This document shows, piece by piece, positions 56,801 to 64,000 of a stretch of 64,000 nt of DNA. Every line of letters begins with the position of its first letter. Within the stretch, counting starts at the first letter, position 1. This stretch comes from Eledone cirrhosa. Lineage: Eukaryota. Where the stretch lies: positions 10,912,001 through 10,976,000 of the forward strand of contig OZ024745.1 in the NCBI GenBank assembly GCA_964016885.1, written 5' to 3'. A model generated the notes under the pieces. That model ran no database searches. It was given only the letters and a program-made list of their open reading frames with translations, and was not told the DNA's origin. Both the position numbers and the translations under genes were made by a program.

Positions 56801-59600
56801 TTGTCTCACTGTCTCAGGTATGTTATGTAAGGCTAGAGGTTGTCTCACTGTCTCAGGTATGTTATGTAAGGCTAGAAGTTGTATCACTGTCTCAGCTATG
56901 TTATGTAAGGTTAGAGGTTGTCTCACTGTCTCAGGTAGTATTATGTAAGACTAGAGGTTGTCTCACTGTCTCAGGTATGTTATGTAAGGCTCGAGGTTGT
57001 CTCACTGTCTCAGGTATGTTATGTAAGGCTCGAGGTTGTCTCACTGTCTCAGGTATGTTATCTAAGGCTAGAGGTTGTCTCACTGTCTCAGGTAGTATTA
57101 TGTAAGACTAGAGGTCGTCTCACTGTCTCAGGTGTGTTATGTAAGGCTCGAGGTTGTCCCACTGTCTCAGGTAGTATTTTGTAAGGCTAGAGGTTGTCTC
57201 ACTGTCTCAGGTAGTATTATGTAAGACTAGAGGTGGTCTCACTGTCTCAGGTATGTTATGTAAGACTAGAGGTTGTCTCACTGTATCAGGTAGTATTATG
57301 TAAGGCTAGAGGTTGTCTCACTGTCTCAGGTATGTTATGTAAGGCTAGAGGTTGTCTCACTGTCTCAGGTATGTTATGTAAGGCTAGAGGTTGTCTCACT
57401 GTCTCAGGTAGTATTATGTAAGGCTAGAGGTTGTCTCACTGTCTCAGGTATGTTATCTAAGGCTAGAGGTTGTCTCACTGTCTCAAGGTATGTTATCTAA
57501 GGCTAGAGTTTGTATCACTGCCTCAGGTATGTTATGTAAGGCTAGAGGTTGTCTCACTGTCTCAGGTATGTTATGTAAGGCTAGAGGTTGTCTCACTGTC
57601 TCAGGAATGTTATGTAAGGCTAGAGCTTGTCTCACTGTCTCAGGTAGTATTATGTAAGAATAGAGGTTCTCTCACTGTCTCAGGTATGTTATGTAAGGCT
57701 AGAGGTTGTCTCACTGTCTCAGGTATGTTATGTAAGGCTAGAGGTTGTCTCACTGTCTCAGGTATGTTATCTAAGGCTAGAGGTTGTCTCACTGTCTCAG
57801 GTATGTTATCTAAGGCTAGAGTATGTCTCACTCTCTCAGGTATGTTATCTAAGGCTAGAGGTTGTCTCACTGTCTCAGGTAGTATTATGTAAGGCTAGAG
57901 GTTGTCTCACTGTCTCAGGTATGTTATCTAAGGCTAGAGGTTGTCTCACTGTCTCAGGTAGTATTATGTAAGGCTAGAGGTTGTCTCACTGTCTCAGGTA
58001 GTATTATGTTAGGCTAGAGGTTGTCTCACGGTCTCAGGTATGTTATGTAAGGCTAGAAGTTGTCTTACTGTCTCAGGTATGTTATCTAAGGCTAGAGGTT
58101 GTCTCATTGTCTCAGGTATGTTATGTAAGGCTTGAGGCTGTCTCACAGTCTCAGGTATGTTAAGTAAGGCTAGAAGTTGTCTCACTGTCTCAGGTATGTT
58201 ATCTAATGCTAGAGGTTGTCTCACTGTCTCAGGTATGTTATTAAAGGCTAAAAGTTGTCTCACTGTCTCAGGTATGTTATCTAAGGCTAGAAGTTGTCTC
58301 ACTGTCTCAGGTATGTTATCTAAGGCTAGAGGTTTTCTCACTGTCTCAGGTATGTTATGTAAGGCTAGAGGATGTCTCACTGCATCAGGTATGTTATGTA
58401 AGGCTAAAGGTTGTCTCACTGTCTCAGGTATGTTATGTAAGGCTAGAGGATGTCTCACTGTCTCAGGTATGTTATGTAAGGCCAGAGGTTGTCTCACTGT
58501 CTCACGTATGTTATGTAAGGCTAGAGGTTGTCTCACTGTCTCAGGTATGTTATGTAAGGCTAGAGGATGTCTCACTGTCTCAGGTATGTTATGTAAGGCT
58601 AGAGGTTGTCTCACTGTCTCAGGTATGTTATGTAAGGCTAGAGGTTGTCTCACTGTCTCAGGTATGTTATGTAAGGCTAGAAGTTGTATCACTGTCTCAG
58701 GTATGTTATGTAAGGTTAGAGGTTGTCTCACTGTCTCAGGTAGTATTATGTAAGGCTAGAGGTTGTCTCACTGTCTCAGGTAGTATTATGTAAGGCTAGA
58801 GGTTGTCTCACTGTCTCAGGTATGTTATGTAATGCTAGAGGTTGTCTCACTGTCTCAGGTATGTTATGTAAGGCTAGAGGTTGTCTCACTGTCTCAGGTA
58901 TGTTATGTAAGACTCGAGGTTGTCTCACTGTCTCAGGTATGTTATGTAAGGCTCGAGGTTGTCTCACTGTCTCAGGTATGTCATGTAAGGCTAGAGGTTG
59001 TTTCACTGTCCCAGGTATGTTATGTAAGGCTAGAGGTTGTCTCACTGTCTCAGGTATGTTATGTAATGCTCGAGGTTGTCTCACTGTCTCAGGTATGTTA
59101 TGTAAGGCTAGAGGTTGTCTCACTGTCCCAGGTATGTTATGTAAGGCTAGAGGTTGTTTCACTGTCCCAGGTATGTTATGTAAGGCTAGAGATTGTTTCA
59201 CTGTCCCAGGTATGTTATCTAAGGCTAGAGGTTGTCTCACTGTCCCAGGTATGTTATGTAAGGCTAGAGGTTGTTTCACTGTCCCAGGTATGTTATCTAA
59301 GGCTAGAGGTTGTCTCACTATCCCAGGTATGTTATGTAAGGCTAGAGGTTGTTTCACTGTCCCAGGTATGTTATCTAAGGCTAGAGGTTGTCTCACTGTC
59401 TCAGGTATGTTATGTAAGGCTAGAGGTTGTCTCACTGTATCAGGTATGTTATGTAAGGTTCGAGGTTGTCTCACTGTCTCAGGTAGTATTTTGTAAGGCT
59501 AGAGGTTGTCTCACTGTCTCAGGTAGTATTTTGTAAGGCTAGAGGTTGTCTCACTGTCTCAGGTATGTTATGTAAGGCTAGAGGTTGTCTCACTGTCTCA
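41890..59600. repeat. Long-range block duplication within the satellite, offset ~13.7 kb (41.9-46.4 kb matches 55.7-59.6 kb)
   Basis: Pairs 42056/55743, 42174/55861 and 42580/56267 are offset by 13687. Pairs 43507/57233, 44431/58157 and 45050/58776 are offset by 13726. Confidence 0.82.
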
Positions 59601-62600
59601 GGTATGTTATGTAAGGCTCGAGGTTGTCTCACTGTCTCAGGTATGTTATGTAAGGCTAGAGCTGTCTCACTGTCTCAGGTATGTTATGTAAGGCTAGAGG
59701 TTGTCTCACGGTCTCAGGTATGTTATGTAAGGCTAGAGGATGTCTCACTTTCTCAGGTATGTTATGTAAGGCAAGAGGTTGTCCCACTGTCTCAGGTATG
59801 TTATGTAAGGCTAGAGGATGTCTCACTGTCTCAGGTATGTTGTGTAAGGCTAGAGGTTGTCTCACTGTCTCAGGTAGTATTATGTAAGGCTAGAAGTTGT
59901 CTCACTGTCTGAGGTATGTTATGTAAGGCTAGAGGATGTCTCACTGTCTCAGGTATGTTATGTAAGGCTAGAGGATGTCTCACTGTCTCAGGTATGTTAT
60001 GTAAGGCTAGAGGTTGTCTCACTGTCTCAGGTATGTTATGTAAGGCTAGAGGTTGTCTCACTGTCTCAGGTATGTTATGTAAGGCTAGAGGATGTCTCAC
60101 TGTCTCAGGTATGTTATCTAAGGCTAGAGGTTGTCTCACTGTCTCAAGGTATGTTATCTAAGGCTAGAGTTTGTATCACTGCCTCAGGTATGTTATGTAA
60201 GGCTAGAGGTTGTCTCACTGTCTCAGGTATGTTATGTAAGGCTAGAGGTTGTCTCACTGTCTCAGGAATGTTATGTAAGGCTAGAGCTTGTCTCACTGTC
60301 TCAGGTAGTATTATGTAAGAATAGAGGTTCTCTCACTGTCTCAGGTATGTTATGTAAGGCTAGAGGTTGTCTCACTGTCTCAGGTATGTTATGTAAGGCT
60401 AGAGGTTGTCTCACTGTCTCAGGTATGTTATCTAAGGCTAGAGGTTGTCTCACTGTCTCAGGTATGTTATCTAAGGCTAGAGTATGTCTCACTGTCTCAG
60501 GTATGTTATCTAAGGCTAGAGGTTGTCTCACTGTCTCAGGTAGTATTATGTAAGGCTAGAGGTTGTCTCACTGTCTCAGGTAGTATTATGTTAGGCTAGA
60601 GGTTGTCTCACGGTCTCAGGTATGTTATGTAAGGCTAGAAGTTGTCTTACTGTCTCAGGTATGTTATCTAAGGCTAGAGGTTGTCTCATTGTCTCAGGTA
60701 TGTTATGTAAGGCTTGAGGCTGTCTCACAGTCTCAGGTATGTTAAGTAAGGCTAGAAGTTGTCTCACTGTCTCAGGTATGTTATCTAATGCTAGAGGTTG
60801 TTTCACTGTCCCAGGTATGTTATGTAAGGCTAGAGGTTGTCTCACTGTCTCAGGTATGTTATCTAAGGCTAGAGGTTGTCTCACTGTCTCAGGTATGTTA
60901 TCTAAGGCTAGAGTATGTCTCACTGTCTCAGGTATGTTATCTAAGGCTAGAGGTTGTCTCACTGTCTCAGGTAGTATTATGTAAGGCTAGAGGTTGTCTC
61001 ACTGTCTCAGGTAGTATTATGTAAGGCTAGAGGTTGTCTTACTGTCTCAGGTATGTTATCTAAGGCTAGAAGTTGTCTCACTGTCTCAGGTATGTTATCT
61101 AAGGCTAGAGGTTTTCTCACTGTCTCAGGTATGTTATGTAAGGCTAGAGGATGTCTCACTGTCTCAGGTATGTTATGTAAGGCTAGAGGTTGTCTCACTG
61201 TCTCAGGTATGTTATGTAAGGCTAGAGGATGTCTCACTGTCTCAGGTATGTTATGTAAGGCCAGAGGTTGTCTCACTGTCTCACGTATGTTATGTAAGGC
61301 TAGAGGTTGTCTCACTGTCTCAGGTATGTTATGTAAGGCTAGAGGATGTCTCACTGTCTCAGGTATGTTATGTAAGGCTAGAGGTTGTCTCACTGTCTCA
61401 GGTATGTTATGTAAGGCTAGAGGTTGTCTCACTGTCTCAGGTATGTTATGTAAGGCTAGAAGTTGTATCACTGTCTCAGGTATGTTATGTAAGGTTAGAG
61501 GTTGTCTCACTGTCTCAGGTAGTATTATGTAAGGCTAGAGGTTGTCTCACTGTCTCAGGTAGTATTATGTAAGGCTAGAGGTTGTCTCACTGTCTCAGGT
61601 ATGTTATGTAATGCTAGAGGTTGTCTCACTGTCTCAGGTATGTTATGTAAGGCTAGAGGTTGTCTCACTGTCTCAGGTATGTTATGTAAGACTCGAGGTT
61701 GTCTCACTGTCTCAGGTATGTTATGTAAGGCTCGAGGTTGTCTCACTGTCTCAGGTATGTCATGTAAGGCTAGAGGTTGTTTCACTGTCCCAGGTATGTT
61801 ATGTAAGGCTAGAGGTTGTCTCACTGTCTCAGGTATGTTATGTAAGGCTCGAGGTTGTCTCACTGTCTCAGGTATGTTATGTAAGGCTAGAGGTTGTCTC
61901 ACTGTCCCAGGTATGTTATGTAAGGCTAGAGGTTGTTTCACTGTCCCAGGTATGTTATGTAAGGCTAGAGGTTGTTTCACTGTCCCAGGTATGTTATCTA
62001 AGGCTAGAGGTTGTCTCACTGTCCCAGGTATGTTATATAAGGCTAGAGGCTGTTTCACTGTCCCAGGTATGTTATCTAAGGCTAGAGGTTGTCTCACTAT
62101 CCCAGGTATGTTATGTAAGGCTAGAGGTTGTTTCACTGTCCCAGGTATGTTATCTAAGGCTAGAGGTTGTCTCACTGTCTCAGGTATGTTATGTAAGGCT
62201 AGAGGTTGTCTCACTGTATCAGGTGTGTTATGTAAGGTTCGAGGTTGTCTCACTGTCTCAGGTAGTATTTTGTAAGGCTAGAGGTTGTCTCACTGTCTCA
62301 GGTAGTATTTTGTAAGGCTAGAGGTTGTCTCACTGTCTCAGGTATGTTATGTAAGGCTAGAGGTTGTCTCACTGTCTCAGGTATGTTATGTAAGGCTCGA
62401 GGTTGTCTCACTGTCTCAGGTATGTTATGTAAGGCTAGAGCTGTCTCACTGTCTCAGGTATGTTATGTAAGGCTAGAGGTTGTCTCACGGTCTCAGGTAT
62501 GTTATGTAAGGCTAGAGGATGTCTCACTTTCTCAGGTATGTTATGTAAGGCAAGAGGTTGTCCCACTGTCTCAGGTATGTTATGTAAGGCTAGAGGATGT

Positions 62601-62900
62601 CTCACTGTCTCAGGTATGTTGTGTAAGGCTAGAGGTTGTCTCACTGTCTCAGGTAGTATTATGTAAGGCTAGAAGTTGTCTCACTGTCTGAGGTATGTTA
62701 TGTAAGGCTAGAGGATGTCTCACTGTCTCAGGTATGTTATGTAAGGCTAGAGGATGTCTCACTGTCTCAGGTATGTTATGTAAGGCTAGAGGTTGTCTCA
62801 CTGTCTCAGGTATGTTATGTAAGGCTAGAGGTTGTCTCACTGTCTCAGGTATGTTATGTAAGGCTAGAGGATGTCTCACTGTCTCAGGTATGTTATGTAA
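58260..62900. repeat. Tandem block duplication, period 2779 bp
   Basis: Pairs 58776/61555, 59565/62344 and 59870/62649. Shared private variants CACTATCCC and CACTTTCTC. Confidence 0.88.
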
Positions 62901-64000
62901 GGCTAGAGGATGTCTCACTGTCTCAGGTATGTTATGTAAGGCTAGAGGATGTCTCACTGTCTCAGGTATGTTATGTAAGGCTAGAGGTTGTCTCACTGTC
63001 TCAGGTAGTATTATGTAAGGCTAGAGGATGTCTCACTGTCTCAGGTATGTTATGTAAGGCTAGAGGTTGTCTCACTGTCTCAGATAGTATTATGTAAGAC
63101 TCGAGGTTGTCTCACTGTCTCAGGTAGTATTATGTAAGGCTAGAGGTTGTCTCACTGTCTCAGGTAGTATTATGTAAGACTAGAGGTTGTCTCACTGTCT
63201 CAGGTATGTTATCTAAGGCTAGAGGTTGTCTCACTGTCTCTGGTATGTTATGTAAGGCTAGAGGTTGTCTTACTGTCTCAGGTATGTTATGTAAGGCTAG
63301 AGGTTGTCTCACTGTCTCAGGTATGTTATGTAAGGCTAGAGGTTGTCTCACTGTCTCAGGTATGTTATGTAAGGCTAGAAGTTGTATCACTGTCTCAGGT
63401 ATGTTATGTAAGGTTAGAGGTTGTCTCACTGTCTCAGGTAGTATTATGTAAGGCTAGAGGTTGTCTCACTGTCTCAGGTAGTATTATGTAAGGCTAGAGG
63501 TTGTCTCACTGTCTCAGGTATGTTATGTAATGCTAGAGGTTGTCTCACTGTCTCAGGTATGTTATGTAAGGCTAGAGGTTGTCTCACTGTCTCAGGTATG
63601 TTATGTAAGACTCGAGGTTGTCTCACTGTGTCAGGTATGTTATGTAAGGCTCGAGGTTGTCTCACTGTCTCAGGTATGTCATGTAAGGCTAGAGGTTGTT
63701 TCACTGTCCCAGGTATGTTATGTAAGGCTAGAGGTTGTCTCACTGTCTCAGGTATGTTATGTAAGGCTCGAGGTTGTCTCACTGTCTCAGGTATGTTATG
63801 TAAGGCTAGAGGTTGTCTCACTGTCCCAGGTATGTTATGTAAGGCTAGAGGTTGTTTCACTGTCCCAGGTATGTTATGTAAGGCTAGAGGTTGTTTCACT
63901 GTCCCAGGTATGTTATCTAAGGCTAGAGGTTGTCTCACTGTCCCAGGTATGTTATGTAAGGCTAGAGGTTGTTTCACTGTCCCAGGTATGTTATCTAAGG

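Larger units (their letters stand above)
7041..64000. repeat. Large satellite array, ~1,450 monomers of two main types: 39 bp GGTATGTTATGTAAGGCTAGAGGTTGTCTCACTGTCTCA and 40 bp GGTAGTATTATGTAAGGCTAGAGGTTGTCTCACTGTCTCA; truncated by the window end
   Basis: Direct reading. Single orientation throughout, with no inversion or foreign insertion noticed. Copy number is ~56,960 bp / ~39.4. The first unit at 7041-7080 is degenerate. Confidence 0.99.

Noticed and set aside
7720-63977. 13-aa repeat ORFs (MLCKARGCLTVSG, VCYVRLEVVSLSQ, RQPLALHNIPETV)
   Set aside because: These are translations of 39-mer runs on both strands, broken at each 40-mer, with no sign of frame preservation.
7041-64000. CRISPR array
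   Set aside because: The units are head-to-tail with no unique spacers, there are no cas genes, and the context is eukaryotic.
7041-64000. RAG/Transib recombination signal (39 bp = 7+23+9; CACTGTC resembles CACTGTG)
   Set aside because: The consensus breaks the essential CAC of the heptamer (it reads GACAGTG), and there is no nonamer at 12- or 23-bp spacing.
7041-64000. Paired TGTCTC as auxin-response elements; TCAGG/TAAGG as telomeric repeats
   Set aside because: TGTCTCA x2 is simply an internal 8-bp-period duplication and nothing suggests a plant genome. The pentamers are isolated, not tandem.

Overview
This is eukaryotic (animal-type) repeat DNA, with no credible protein-coding gene, RNA gene or CRISPR array. 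Positions 1-3916 are a 43-bp tandem array of 91 phase-perfect copies, open at the window edge. Positions ~3917-7040 are a 3-kb island holding (CA)n and (GA)n microsatellites, a 654-bp LTR-like element bounded by TGTAAGA...TCTTACA, and a decayed non-LTR retrotransposon reverse transcriptase (RT) fragment (R4/Dong-like) that the ORF track misses. Positions 7041-64000 are a >57-kb satellite of about 1,450 monomers, mixing a 39-bp and a 40-bp type, with nested block duplications of 0.1-13.7 kb. Nearly all listed ORFs are artefacts of repeat translation. The best leads are (i) a back-to-back acceptor/donor motif (YnCAG|GTATGT) in every satellite monomer, (ii) two TCTTACA termini fused to (CA)n, one just after the 43-bp array, and (iii) the layered higher-order structure of the satellite. 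None is a demonstrated new system. All counts and alignments were made by eye.
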